NCBI GenBank assembly: GCA_965208245.1
Contig: OZ242325.1
Span: 922,609 to 986,608, forward strand
Source: Candidatus Poribacteria bacterium
GTDB taxonomy: Bacteria; Poribacteria; WGA-4E; WGA-3G
Reading direction: 5' to 3'
Length of the DNA stretch: 64,000 nt
The translations under genes and the position numbers were made by a program. Positions 40,460 through 50,947 of the stretch are shown here, piece by piece (positions within the stretch are counted from its first letter, which is position 1; the number at the start of each line of letters is the position of its first letter). Below the pieces are notes generated by a model that did no database searches, was not told the origin of the DNA, and worked only from the letters and a program-made list of their open reading frames with translations.

Positions 40460-43111
40460 ATGAAATTTGAATTTGACGCTAACCAAGACTACCAACGTGA
40501 CGCTATTGATGCCGTTGTCAAATTGTTTGAAGGACAAATCCTTGTTCGGACGACCCTGCAATTCAGTGGGGAATCAGACTTTTCAACTATACCCAACCGT
40601 CTTGATTTAGATTCTGAACAATTAGGTACTCGCCTAAAAGAAATTCAAGAAGCAAATGAAATAGAAACGGACGATTTTTCCTCAAACGGATTTCCAAACT
40701 TTTCTGTGGAGATGGAAACAGGTACGGGTAAAACCTACATCTATCTACGCACCGTGCTGGAACTCTTTCAAAACTACGGTCTGCGAAAGTTTATTGTTGT
40801 TGTGCCTTCCGTTGCAATTCGGGAAGGTGTACTAAAAACGCTCCAAATAACCGAATCGCATTTTAAAGAATTATATGACAACCTCCCATATCGTTATTGT
40901 GTTTACGATTCCGAGAAGTTGTCACAAGTTCGACAATTCGCACTATCGGATAGCATTGAGATTATGGTTATAACGATGGCATCGTTCAACACACCTTCAA
41001 AAAACGTGATTTACAAAAACAATGACCGATTACAAGGTGAAAAACCCATTGATTTCATCAAAGCAACCCGGCCGATTCTTATTTTAGACGAACCACAGCG
41101 GATGGAGAGCGACCTAAGCGTTAAAGCACTTTCCAATCTCTCTCCACTATTCGCCTTGAGGTATAGTGCGACACATAAAACCCCTTACAACCGAGTCTAT
41201 TGCTTAACACCTTATGATGCTTACCGTGAAGGTTTAGTAAAAAGGATAGAAGTTGCAGGTATTGAGGAAAGTGCAAATACAAATATTGCTTTTGTTCATG
41301 TCAAGAGTGTGCAAAGTCAAAAGAGCCGAGTTACCGCAAGACTTGCAGTACATAAACTCATGAAAAATGGTACGGTAAAGCAAACAACACTTACGTTTAA
41401 GCAAGGTGATGATTTAGAAGATAAGACAAACCTGCCCCAGTATAAAGGCTATCGGATTAGAGAAATTGACGTTAGATGGGGAGAGGTATATTTTGATAAT
41501 AATGTGGATTTAAAAACTGGGGAAACGCATGGAGCTGATAAAACAGCAATTTTTAAGGCACAAATTTACTATACAATTGAGGAGCACTTTCGTAAACAGG
41601 AAAAATTAAAAGACGCTAACCTTAAAGTGCTTTCTCTTTTCTTTATTGATAAGGTTGACAACTACATAGGAAAAGACCCAATCATCCGCAAACTCTTTGA
41701 CGAATGCTTTGATGCGTTAAAGCAAGAAGAGAGGTACTCAGAATGGCAAGAGAAAAAATCCGAAGAAGTTCAAGCCTATTATTTCTCAAAAAGCCAAAAG
41801 GGAAACGAGGAACCCATTTACGAAGATACCACAGGGGATGCAGAAAAGGAACGTGAGGTCTACCAACTAATTATGAAAGAAAAAGAACGTCTTCTATCTT
41901 TTGATGAAAAGAGATGTTTTATCTTTTCACACTCCGCCCTCCGTGAAGGGTGGGATAGTCCCAATGTCTTCCAGATTTGCACGCTGAACCAGACTGTCTC
42001 CGAGATGAAAAAACGGCAGGAAATTGGACGTGGTGTTCGCCTTGCTGTCAATCAAGAAGGAAAACGGGTGCATGATGAAAAACTTAATGTGCTTACTGTG
42101 GTTGCTAACGAAAGTTATACCAATTATGTTCGGCAGCTGCAAACTGAAGTAGAGGATGAGTTTGGAACTGCTGACAGTGTGCCAAAACCGAAAAATGCCA
42201 GGGAACGGGATAAAGCAAAACTCAAAAAAGCGATGATATTAACACAAGAATTTAAGAAACTCTGGAAACGGATAAAACATAAAACACGATACAAGGTGCG
42301 GATTGACACAGAAAAACTGATTCAAGAAGTCGTAGAAATATTAGATGACACTAACATCCAACCTTCCCAAATATCGATAGGGAAGGGAGAATTGAAAGTT
42401 ATTGAAGATAACGCGTTTGAAGTTGAACTCGTTGCCGATGGCAGCTTGACATATCGATTATCGGGTAGAGCAAACGCGCTAAAGTCAATTGAACACCGTT
42501 TAGCACATACAACACCAGCAATGAAACTAACACGACGCACTCTCTTGGAAATACTGAAGCGTACCAAAAACCAGCAAGATGCTATAGAAAACCCACCCGA
42601 ATTCGCTAAAGTCGTGGTTGAGAAAATCAGACAGAAAATCATAACGCAACTGATTAATGGCATAAAGTATGAAAAAATCGGTGAAGCATATCAGATGAGT
42701 CAATTTGACTGTGAATTAGAAAGCTGGAAGGATTGTATGATTCCCGCGCCACAAACGAAAAAATCTGTTTATGCGGGTGTAATATACGATTCTGATGTAG
42801 AAAAGACTTTCGTTGAGGGATTGGAGAAACGAAAGGATATTATACTTTACTTGAAACTACCTGCTTTCTTTACTGTTCCGACTCCTATTGGAAACTATAA
42901 CCCAGATTGGGCAATCGTCAAAGATGATCTTGATGCACACGGTGAACCAATTGGTAAAGAAAAACTCTATCTTGTCAGAGAAACTAAAAGCACAACGGAT
43001 TTGGATAATCTCAGACATAATGAGGATCGAAAAATAAGGTGTGGTGAGGTGCATTTTCGAGATGAGCTTGAAGTTGATTACAAGGTTGTTACCTCTGCAG
43101 AGGAAGTATAA
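40460..43111 (+). CDS. res: type III R-M restriction subunit (Res) 1
   Basis: METGTGKT, LDEPQ, SALREGWD.PNVFQIC, QEIGRGVRL, YNPDWA..ETK. Confidence 0.93.
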   Translation: MKFEFDANQDYQRDAIDAVVKLFEGQILVRTTLQFSGESDFSTIPNRLDLDSEQLGTRLKEIQEANEIETDDFSSNGFPNFSVEMETGTGKTYIYLRTVLELFQNYGLRKFIVVVPSVAIREGVLKTLQITESHFKELYDNLPYRYCVYDSEKLSQVRQFALSDSIEIMVITMASFNTPSKNVIYKNNDRLQGEKPIDFIKATRPILILDEPQRMESDLSVKALSNLSPLFALRYSATHKTPYNRVYCLTPYDAYREGLVKRIEVAGIEESANTNIAFVHVKSVQSQKSRVTARLAVHKLMKNGTVKQTTLTFKQGDDLEDKTNLPQYKGYRIREIDVRWGEVYFDNNVDLKTGETHGADKTAIFKAQIYYTIEEHFRKQEKLKDANLKVLSLFFIDKVDNYIGKDPIIRKLFDECFDALKQEERYSEWQEKKSEEVQAYYFSKSQKGNEEPIYEDTTGDAEKEREVYQLIMKEKERLLSFDEKRCFIFSHSALREGWDSPNVFQICTLNQTVSEMKKRQEIGRGVRLAVNQEGKRVHDEKLNVLTVVANESYTNYVRQLQTEVEDEFGTADSVPKPKNARERDKAKLKKAMILTQEFKKLWKRIKHKTRYKVRIDTEKLIQEVVEILDDTNIQPSQISIGKGELKVIEDNAFEVELVADGSLTYRLSGRANALKSIEHRLAHTTPAMKLTRRTLLEILKRTKNQQDAIENPPEFAKVVVEKIRQKIITQLINGIKYEKIGEAYQMSQFDCELESWKDCMIPAPQTKKSVYAGVIYDSDVEKTFVEGLEKRKDIILYLKLPAFFTVPTPIGNYNPDWAIVKDDLDAHGEPIGKEKLYLVRETKSTTDLDNLRHNEDRKIRCGEVHFRDELEVDYKVVTSAEEV

Positions 43112-43247
43112 ATAACACATTTAAGCAAGAAAAATCGGCTCATGTATAAAGTCAATGCAAACGCTTTGGCGAAGTCAATAAGCACACGGCTTAAATCTTC
43201 CTAATGCACTTATTCTATACATGATCCGAAAAATCAAGGAAAAAATT

Positions 43248-44363
43248 ATGAAAAACTACATCATTCTTACACTGCTAATGTTCACAACATTCTACGCATC
43301 AGCAGCAGACCTCAGCAAAGACCCAATCCGAACCCTACTGCCTTTTGACGCAATCCCTGCTATCACCAAACCGCAATTTGTATCTGCTATTGCGGCACGA
43401 TTAGATGATGATGCTCCTGTGATTGGCGTAACTTTCAATGGTGAAAGTCATGCCTACTCACTCTATCTACTAAACGGTCACGAGATCGTGAACGATGTTG
43501 TCGGTGAAAAGAAAATCGCAACGACATGGTGACCACTCTGCAACACGGCTATCGTGTATAGTCGGGAACTTGAGGGTAAAACCTATACCTTCGGTGTCAG
43601 CGGAAAACTGTGGCGCGATGCACTGTTAATGTATGACCATCAAACCCGTTCTCTCTGGTCACATATCACTGGTGAAGCGATTCAGGGAAAACTCAAAGGC
43701 AAGAAACTGAAACCACTCGTCTCTATGCCACAAATTGCGTGGAAAACATGGAAAGAGAACTACCCTGATACAAAAGTACTTTCGGTTAGTTACAGAGGGA
43801 AAATGGTAGAAAGTCTAAGTCATGACGCTTATCAGAGGTATCATAAGAGCCAAGACACAGGTGTGAGTGGAACAGAATACACGGATAAAAGACTACCGAA
43901 TAAACAACTTGTCATCGGAGTTCAAGTACAGCGAAAATATGGTGAGGGTGGATTAGCTGGTCAGGCCGGGGCTGATGGGCAAGCAGGTGCTGATGGAAAA
44001 CCTGGTGATCCCGGTGCAGTTGACCAATATAGCACACAGCATCGCGCCTATCCGCTTACACAATTTACTAAAACCGCTATGCTCAACGATACAGTAAACG
44101 GTGTGCCTTTGTTAATCTTCCATGACATAGAGTCGTTTGCAACCGCTGTTTTTAAACGTATAGTAGACAATAAGGTGATTATTTTTACAGCCATAGACGG
44201 TCACTTCGCTCAAGATAATTCCGGCACAGAATGGAATCTCATTACAGGTAAAGCGACAAAAGGAAAACACAAAGGGAAACGTTTACAACGACTATCCTCC
44301 GTCAATATTTACTGGTTCGCGTGGGCACGTTTCTATCCTAAAACAACAATCTATAGGAAATAA
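43248..44363 (+). CDS. DUF3179 domain selenoprotein (Sec at in-frame UGA 43530-43532)
   Basis: Two in-frame ORFs joined as ATTW-U-PLCNTAIVY; family motifs DAIPAI..PQF, HEIVND, FGVSGKL, MYD.QT.SLWS, WFAW. Confidence 0.88.
43533..43565 (+). promoter_or_regulatory. candidate bacterial SECIS element
   Basis: ACACG-GCTAT-CGTGT hairpin beginning about 10 nt after the UGA. Confidence 0.55.
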
Positions 44364-44387
44364 TCTGTCAATCGTCCGATTTGATTT

Positions 44388-44576
44388 CTAACGTGCAACT
44401 ACTTCAGACCCTATATTCTCTTGAATCCAGGCGCGGAGGGGTACATCTTTGTCACCGGGAGGAGTATATCCCATTCCACCTGTGCTTTTGCCGAGAATCT
44501 GTTGACGGATTGGATCAGACTTATCCATATAATGTTGCACAGTCATGTCGTCTCGTGGTTGCAGCCACCGATAGCT
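44388..44576 (-). pseudogene. C-terminal remnant, probably of a PhyH-family dioxygenase
   Basis: Manual translation SYRWLQPRDDMTVQHYMDKSDPIRQQILG...DVPLRAWI..*; no start codon. Confidence 0.5.
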
Positions 44577-44828
44577 CAGATTCAGTCAAACAGTGTTCTA
44601 AACATAATGGATCCATTTTTTTTTCACCAGTCAATTTTTTTCATTGAAGCATCAAGTGTACTTCTATTAATAAAATGATCTATTAATTCTTCAATTCTAC
44701 GACTTCGCCTGCAAATTACTTTCTATCATCCCAAATCCAGCATTTGTACCCTAAAATGTTGTTTACACGTTAAAAGTTATAGGTGAAAACACTTTCAGAT
44801 TGGAATAAGTCAAATATAATGGAGTTAA

Positions 44829-46787
44829 ATGATGCAATTGAAAACTCTCGTAATGATTAGTATTGTAGTGATGATGTTAGGAAATGTAATGATAGCGGAT
44901 GGTTCTTCCGGTATAGACCATCGTAATATTTTTGTAGGGGCAAGTGCACGTGCTGTTGGCATGGGAAGTGCGTTCACAGCCGGTCCATCAACAAATAACG
45001 GGTTTTTATGGAATCCATCTTCACTCGGGTATTTGAAAGGTATAGAGTTGAATCTGGATAGTATTCCTTTCTCAAATGCCGCTTCAGGACCGGATCAAGC
45101 ATTTTCGTTAGCAGTAAGTCCTTACACACTCGGTATAACCGATAAAAATGTGGGAAATCTCTCTGTTGCAGCTTGGTTTAATGGATTGAATGGTAATAAC
45201 AATGTTTCTACGCAGATTGCACTATTAGGGTATGGGTTAGCATTGGGTGATAATGTGTCGGCAGGTGCAAATGTGCGCTACTATCAGCGACATATAGCGG
45301 ACGAAACGCGATACCTTTGGAGCACAGATGTTGGGATGCAGTTTACCTATCCTTTTGAAAGGTTCGGAGAATCTATTACGTTGGGGATGAATCTGGCAGA
45401 GTTAAGCAACGGAATCCGATATAGTGATGGTAAATTGATTGAACCTTTAGAGGAGAGTTTGCCATTAGTAACGCGTTTTGGCATGACGTATCGTCCAGAC
45501 AAGGCAACTTTGCTATCTGCTGATTTTGCTATTCGGGGACAAAATGACAGAGATTGGGGTGAACGTGTTCGGTTGCACTTTGGAGCAGAAAGATGGGTGT
45601 TCAATAACCATTTTGGGGTGCGGGTTGGATATACCGCATTAACCACGTCTGATGAATTTGGAAATGGTCAATGGACACAAGGCATAAGTTTTCGTAATTC
45701 TTCTGGACAGTTGGATTATGCACATGTAAGTGGTGGGGAATTAGAACAGAATTTGCATTGGATTTCTGCTACGTTACGGTGGGGGGGTAGTAATATGAGT
45801 CCCACGCCAACAGAAGAACCACAAAATCCAGTCGAAGTAAAAGAACCAGAATGGACGGATACTTATGAGACGACTACAACGCCTAAGATTGTGATGCCGA
45901 AAACCCTTGATGTTAACACACAGAACGGATCAAACATAGGAGAATTGCAGCAAACTGAAAAAGCAATCTCTCCAAACAATGATGGACTTGCTGATTCTAC
46001 TACGTTTAGTTTTAGAGTTAAAGCAGACGACAAATGGGAATTGACACTGAGTGATGTATATACCGAACAGATATGGAAGCAAACCGGCACCGGTACACCA
46101 CAACAGGGTGTTACATGGAACGGAATGGGAAGCGATGGTAAATTGGTTTCCGATGGAGATTATGTGGCACAACTTCACATTGCTGATGCAGAAGGAACAT
46201 TGCATATCACGAGTAGCAGTAAGGTTACTGTAGACGTAATCCCTGCAACGGTGGAGATATCTAAGAAAGCACCGGGAACTGTCGGTGTGCAGACGTGGGA
46301 TATTAACCCGATTGCCAATTGGAAACTTGAGGTATTTGATGTGAATAACGTTCTGATTGAAGAGATCGAAGGTAAAGGTAAACCGCCAGAAACGGTAGTA
46401 TTAAGCAAAGTGTCACAGTTACCTGAAAGAACATACAAATTTGCACTGAGTGTTCGAGACATAGCAGGAAATAAGAACACCAAGCAAACAGAGTTTAAAT
46501 TTGGCAGAGCAACCACTATTAGTGGAAATCAGAATGTTGCACAAACTCGTAAGTTTACATTGATGGTAGGGTCTTTCTCTGAACGTAGAAATGCCGATCT
46601 GTTGGCTGAGAATCTACAGAATCTACATCCGAATGAAACGGTGAAAATCTACAGTGTGACAGTGTCTGGGAATACTATGCATCGAGTGACGATCGGAGAA
46701 TTCACAGACCGGGATGCCGCAGTAACCCTCAAACAACAGATTCACGAATCGCAAGGTGTTGAACCCGTATTGATGACACTGCAATAG
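44829..46787 (+). CDS. exported protein: PorV/FadL-like beta-barrel + FlgD-Ig-like + SPOR domain
   Basis: GASARAVGMGSAF..WNPS, QLDYA, HWISATLRW; ISPNNDG, TWNG..DG..V.DG.Y; LMVGSFS..NA..HRV.IG.F. Confidence 0.7.
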   Translation: MMQLKTLVMISIVVMMLGNVMIADGSSGIDHRNIFVGASARAVGMGSAFTAGPSTNNGFLWNPSSLGYLKGIELNLDSIPFSNAASGPDQAFSLAVSPYTLGITDKNVGNLSVAAWFNGLNGNNNVSTQIALLGYGLALGDNVSAGANVRYYQRHIADETRYLWSTDVGMQFTYPFERFGESITLGMNLAELSNGIRYSDGKLIEPLEESLPLVTRFGMTYRPDKATLLSADFAIRGQNDRDWGERVRLHFGAERWVFNNHFGVRVGYTALTTSDEFGNGQWTQGISFRNSSGQLDYAHVSGGELEQNLHWISATLRWGGSNMSPTPTEEPQNPVEVKEPEWTDTYETTTTPKIVMPKTLDVNTQNGSNIGELQQTEKAISPNNDGLADSTTFSFRVKADDKWELTLSDVYTEQIWKQTGTGTPQQGVTWNGMGSDGKLVSDGDYVAQLHIADAEGTLHITSSSKVTVDVIPATVEISKKAPGTVGVQTWDINPIANWKLEVFDVNNVLIEEIEGKGKPPETVVLSKVSQLPERTYKFALSVRDIAGNKNTKQTEFKFGRATTISGNQNVAQTRKFTLMVGSFSERRNADLLAENLQNLHPNETVKIYSVTVSGNTMHRVTIGEFTDRDAAVTLKQQIHESQGVEPVLMTLQ

Positions 46788-46802
46788 GTTCTTATTTTTG
46801 TG

Positions 46803-47642
46803 TTACATCTTATAGAAGTCCAAAGCATTCTGGTAAAAGAGCCGGTTTTTCTCAGCATCGGATGCATCATCAACTACCGAGAGGAGTACTTCAAACCACT
46901 CGGGATACTTGGCAGCCAAGGTGCATACGGGCCAATCACTACCAAACATGAGTCGGTTATATCCGAATATCTCAACAAGATGTTGAATGTATGGTTTGAG
47001 TTCTGCAGTTGACCAATTTTCGCTTGCAGTTGATACGATACCAGATACTTTGCAGTATACATTTTGAAAAGCGGCGAGTTTTTTCATGTAGGTCGCCCAC
47101 GGTTCAAACTCGTCGTCTTTTATATTCGGACCACCACAGTGGTTGACCGCATGCATGATGTTAGGGGTTGCTTCGACTAATGTTCTGGCAGCTGGAAGTT
47201 GATCATGTTTAGCACAGAGTTCAAATGAAAGGTTATACTTTGCTAACAATCTCACACCATTAATCAGTTCGAGGGTTACGTAGAATTCGTTGTCAGGGTT
47301 ATGCCATGCCATTCTGCGTATACCTACAACAAGACTATATGCAGCGAGTTTTTCAAGTGTTGTTTCTACATCAGGTTTTTCGAGCGGCGCAGCGGCTGCA
47401 ATTGCACCTATCATCCCATCTGTTTCAGCAATCTGTGTTAGCCATTCCACCTCCTTGATAACATCTGTCTCAGCAGGATCGCCTTCAACGTGAACCGATT
47501 TGACAACGTTAATGTCACCTATAGCGTTCCGATAGTCTTGGGACGTGTATTTCTGTCGCAGAAGATCAAATCCATCTAGCCAAGGATATTCTAAATTGGA
47601 TGTATCCCAAAGGTGTTGGTGTGTGTCAATGATTTTTTCCAT
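46803..47642 (-). CDS. amidohydrolase family (L-fuconolactonase-like)
   Basis: IDTHQHLWD, NHCG.P, CKVSG, FGSDWPV. Confidence 0.88.
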   Translation of the reverse strand: MEKIIDTHQHLWDTSNLEYPWLDGFDLLRQKYTSQDYRNAIGDINVVKSVHVEGDPAETDVIKEVEWLTQIAETDGMIGAIAAAAPLEKPDVETTLEKLAAYSLVVGIRRMAWHNPDNEFYVTLELINGVRLLAKYNLSFELCAKHDQLPAARTLVEATPNIMHAVNHCGGPNIKDDEFEPWATYMKKLAAFQNVYCKVSGIVSTASENWSTAELKPYIQHLVEIFGYNRLMFGSDWPVCTLAAKYPEWFEVLLSVVDDASDAEKNRLFYQNALDFYKM

Positions 47643-47742
47643 CCGTGTCCTGCCATTTTTGATAAGTCTGTTTATCTTAAGTCGTTGTATCACATAGTAT
47701 AGGTCTATTACAAATACATTCTCCGTTTCTACAAAGGACTCC

Positions 47743-47956
47743 CAGGGTTATTCAGTTTTAGGTGATTCTGAAGAATTACGCAACAAACGTTAATGTATTG
47801 AATTTGTCCGTAGGTCGGGTAGAGCGAAGCGTCATTAAAATATTAACTGGCGACACGTTCAAGCTTCTGTCGGGTTTCGCTTCGCTCTACCCGACCTACA
47901 AAGTCCACTATTAGTCCTACACAAAAACTGACAATTCTTAAAACTGAAAAACCCTG
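47743..47956. mobile_element. MITE containing a REPIN
   Basis: TIR cagggttattcagttttagg / cttaaaactgaaaaaccctg; internal perfect 22-bp IR gtaggtcgggtagagcgaagcg (47810-47899). Confidence 0.8.
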
Positions 47957-48053
47957 AAGAACTCCTTGCTATAGCTTAACTTTTGTGCAATAATTAGACA
48001 ATACAAATGTTGAAACTGTGTGTACTGAAAATCCAGAATAGGTTGTGTGATGT

Positions 48054-49118
48054 ATGAATACTAAAACTACAAAAACCATCACCCATGCACTTACTATTTC
48101 TATCGGGGTACATATCCTACTGATTTTCCTTATGATAGGATTACACAAGACCAAACCGATTCTGATTGAAGAGTTAACATTCCTTGAAATATCAGATATG
48201 CCTAAACAACGTGCAATACGTACCTTAAAACGAAAAAACATCTCCCCACCCACATTTACACCCATTAAGCAAGAACAGATTGAAAATGTCGTAAGTACCC
48301 CTATTACAGTCATTTCAAAAAGCACACAAATTATATACCAAAACCCATCAACACCTTTATGTGGATTTTCTCTACCACAACCACGCACTTTAGGTATGAA
48401 CAACGCAGGTATAAACGCACGAGTGCTGTCAGTCAGTGAAGGCATTGCAAGTGGATATGGACACGGTCAATTCAAACCACAAACCGTAGTTTACAACGTG
48501 ACGCGAAAATCTTTCATGCCACTTATGGGTGATACACTTGCAAGTATTGGAGACCTACCGCTGCCCAACGTCATTTTAGCAAGAATAGGACAGCACATCA
48601 TAACAAACCGAACAAAAGATTTCGTTGACATCGTTTTCATCATAGATGGCAGTGGCAGTATGAAAGATAACATCAATGCTGTCAGAAACCATCTCAATCG
48701 AATGACAGACCTATTTGATGTTGCACAGCTTGATTTTACCATCGGAATTGTTATCTTCAGAAACAGTACCGCATATAGTATGTTGGGATGGGATTTTGAA
48801 GTTATTCCACAAACACGTTCTGTTCCTAAGATAAGAAGAGCACTCACACAAGTGAAGTGTCGTGGTGGAGAAAAAGCTGTAGATGCACTGATACGTGCTG
48901 CCGATGAAGTTCAATACAGAAAAAACGCCGATGTTCACTTCATTCTGGTTACGGATGAATACGTTAGCGGAGACTATTCTGCTAGCGATGTACTAAAGAA
49001 GATGAAAGCATGCAACATTAAGGTGGATGTTGTTGGTCTTGATGAGCCTTTCCAGAAATTCATTACCCGCACAACTGGAGGGATATGGCTTCCCATCACA
49101 AGTTTAGGCATACATTAG
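48054..49118 (+). CDS. membrane-anchored VWA-domain protein
   Basis: SIGVHILL anchor, DIVFIIDGSGSM MIDAS, ILVTDE. Confidence 0.85.
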   Translation: MNTKTTKTITHALTISIGVHILLIFLMIGLHKTKPILIEELTFLEISDMPKQRAIRTLKRKNISPPTFTPIKQEQIENVVSTPITVISKSTQIIYQNPSTPLCGFSLPQPRTLGMNNAGINARVLSVSEGIASGYGHGQFKPQTVVYNVTRKSFMPLMGDTLASIGDLPLPNVILARIGQHIITNRTKDFVDIVFIIDGSGSMKDNINAVRNHLNRMTDLFDVAQLDFTIGIVIFRNSTAYSMLGWDFEVIPQTRSVPKIRRALTQVKCRGGEKAVDALIRAADEVQYRKNADVHFILVTDEYVSGDYSASDVLKKMKACNIKVDVVGLDEPFQKFITRTTGGIWLPITSLGIH

Positions 49119-49127
49119 CACTTTTGA

Positions 49128-50711
49128 ATGTTTTTTCAAGATTTTCTTCAATCTCTGCAACAAGAACCCAATGGATCTGATAGATCGGATCCACTTGATA
49201 CAAGGCACTTTTTCCATGCTTTCTGGTTAACCATGGTTTTTCTAATCGTGTGCAGCTATGGTGCGATGCACCATGAAATGTGGCGCGATGAAATTCAAGC
49301 ATGGTTATTAGCAAGAGATAGTACATCCATCTTTAATCTATTCGCGAATATGAAATATGAGGGGCATCCAGCACTATGGCACCTCTGCTTAATGCCGCTC
49401 AGTCGCCTCTCTGCTTCCCCCGTGATGATGCAGATATTCCATCTGCTGATTGCTGCAACAACTGTATTCCTCTTTACACGGTATGCACCTTTTCATTTAC
49501 TCATTAAGTTTCTTTTTGCATTTGGTTACTTTTCCCTATATGAATATGCAATTGTAGCAAGAAATTATGCCATTGGCGTATTGCTTATCACCATCTTCTG
49601 CGTGCTCTATAAAGATCGTTATAAGCGTTTTGTATGGATCGGTTTCATCCTAATTCTGCTTGCACACACCAGCGTGCATGCCTTAATTGTTACAATTGCA
49701 ATCGGTACTGCACTCTTATGTGAATTCCTCTACTTTCACTACTACAAAAAGGAAATGTCTATTGATAGTAGACAACGTGTGTGGTTCGGATTTGCCCTAA
49801 TAGGATTCGGTATTCTTACGGCTGTCATTCAACTCAATCCACCAGCAGATAGTGGATTCGCGACAGCTTGGCATTTTAAGTTTGATTTTCAACGCGTTAA
49901 CAACATCGTCAAAATCCTCACAAATGCATTCTTACCGATCCCAAGAGCCTCGATGGGATTTTGGAATAGTCACCAACTACACAGTTCTGCGTTCTTTCAG
50001 TTTATCCGATTACCCCTCTGTTATCTTCTCATATTCTGGTGTATCCTCCGTTTCCTAAAACGTCCGACAACCTTAATCATCTATTTGATAGCGACAGTAG
50101 GACTGCTGTCATTCTTCTATATCAAGTATGGTGGCAGTATGCGTCATCACGGATTCTTATTTATTACTTTTGTTTTCACGAGTTGGATATACCATGCATG
50201 TCCAGAGTTTAGATTTCCTTTTGACAAGGTCAGCACAGTAGCGCAGTCGTTCTCCGGTACTGTCTTCATCATAATCCTTGTATTTCACTTCCTTGGAGGC
50301 ATAACTGCTCTTACTTCAGATGTTCAGTATGTATTTTCACACGGAAAGAGAACTGCTGAATACATAAAGGCACAAGGTATAGAAGATATGATGATGGTCG
50401 GGGACACAGATTTTGCTGTCAGTACCGTCGTTGGATATTTAAAAAAGAAGGAGGTATACTACGCAAAAGGTAGTCGATTCGGATCTTTTGTCAGATGGGA
50501 CAAAGCCAGAACACACGGTGTTTCCAACGAAGAGATTATCAAAGAAGCGGTTGTGTTAAGCACGAAGTATATGCAGGATATACTCATAATCCTGAATCGT
50601 GCTTTGGAAGAGGAATTAGTTGAACAGTATCAACTGACTTTATTAACACAATTCACCGGTTCAACCATAAGCAATGAAGAATTTCATCTCTACATGCTTA
50701 GATTCCCTTAA
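49128..50711 (+). CDS. polytopic membrane protein, GT-C glycosyltransferase-like
   Basis: HHEMWRDEIQAWLLA, YEGHPALW, ARNY. Confidence 0.65.
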   Translation: MFFQDFLQSLQQEPNGSDRSDPLDTRHFFHAFWLTMVFLIVCSYGAMHHEMWRDEIQAWLLARDSTSIFNLFANMKYEGHPALWHLCLMPLSRLSASPVMMQIFHLLIAATTVFLFTRYAPFHLLIKFLFAFGYFSLYEYAIVARNYAIGVLLITIFCVLYKDRYKRFVWIGFILILLAHTSVHALIVTIAIGTALLCEFLYFHYYKKEMSIDSRQRVWFGFALIGFGILTAVIQLNPPADSGFATAWHFKFDFQRVNNIVKILTNAFLPIPRASMGFWNSHQLHSSAFFQFIRLPLCYLLIFWCILRFLKRPTTLIIYLIATVGLLSFFYIKYGGSMRHHGFLFITFVFTSWIYHACPEFRFPFDKVSTVAQSFSGTVFIIILVFHFLGGITALTSDVQYVFSHGKRTAEYIKAQGIEDMMMVGDTDFAVSTVVGYLKKKEVYYAKGSRFGSFVRWDKARTHGVSNEEIIKEAVVLSTKYMQDILIILNRALEEELVEQYQLTLLTQFTGSTISNEEFHLYMLRFP

Positions 50712-50947
50712 CTTTACCACGCTATAATTAGCCAAATTCTGTCTAAATTGGATTTGACATTTTCAAAAACTTAATGATATAATTCTGAAACAGATGCTGG
50801 ATCTCAGATTTTAACACCTTCCGTCAAATCCCCATGCTTTAGCTTGTGGGATGTAGACGGCTCATCGGTTTTTTTATCAAAAAACTTGACAATCTAACAA
50901 ATATATGGTATAATATACTATACACTTCTCTATAAAGATAAGATGTT

